Shown here one piece after another: positions 21,119 through 21,357 of a DNA stretch of 21,357 nucleotides (position 1 is its first letter; each line of letters begins with the position of its first letter). This DNA is from Octopus sinensis (lineage: Eukaryota): the NCBI RefSeq assembly GCF_006345805.1, contig NW_021823721.1:1-21357 (forward strand). Reading direction: 5' to 3'. The position numbers were made by a program, and so were the translations under genes. Under the pieces are notes generated by a model. The model was given only the letters and a program-made list of their open reading frames with translations. It ran no database searches and was not told the origin of the DNA.

Positions 21119-21343
21119 AGTGTGTGTGTGCGTGTGTATGTATCTGTGTGTGTGTATGCATGTATGTATGTATGTATGTATATGTTTGTGTGTCTATGTT
21201 TGTCCCCCAACATCGCTTGACAACCGATGCTGGTGTGTTTATGTCCCCGTAACTTAGTGGTTCGGCAAAAGAGACCGATAGAATAAGAACTAGGCTTACA
21301 ATAGAATAAGTCCTGGGGTTGATTTGTTCAACCAGAGGCGGTG
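20924..21343 (+). mobile_element. SINE family A with the tail missing
   Basis: caggagtggctgtgtgg through ggcggtg, after which similarity to the other copies is lost. Confidence 0.85.
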
Positions 21344-21357
21344 TTGGGAGTGGTAGG

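Overview
This is AT-rich eukaryotic (animal) DNA that looks intronic or intergenic. It consists mostly of microsatellites and short mobile elements, and the SINE families match what I recall of octopus (coleoid cephalopod) repeats, which I cannot verify here. I find no host protein-coding gene I can support: the long ORFs in the track are translated simple repeats or SINEs, and the only recognisable protein sequence is the C-terminus of a CR1-type LINE ORF2 (18642-18806). Repeats include three main tRNA-derived SINE families (A, B, C) plus older B-related relics, two non-autonomous Helitrons joined tail-to-tail, a Tigger/pogo-type MITE and a mariner-type MITE. The most notable signal is four minimal type-I hammerhead-ribozyme-like motifs within 14.6-19.1 kb. 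Two are near-canonical same-strand copies 1027 nt apart (16293-16337 and 17320-17364, minus) inside a ~1 kb tandem duplication, an arrangement resembling Penelope or retrozyme elements; every motif carries at least one core defect. Also notable are a SINE trimer inside a single 17-bp target-site duplication with palindromic junctions, a 69-bp templated insertion, and several inverted duplications. All alignments were done by eye.
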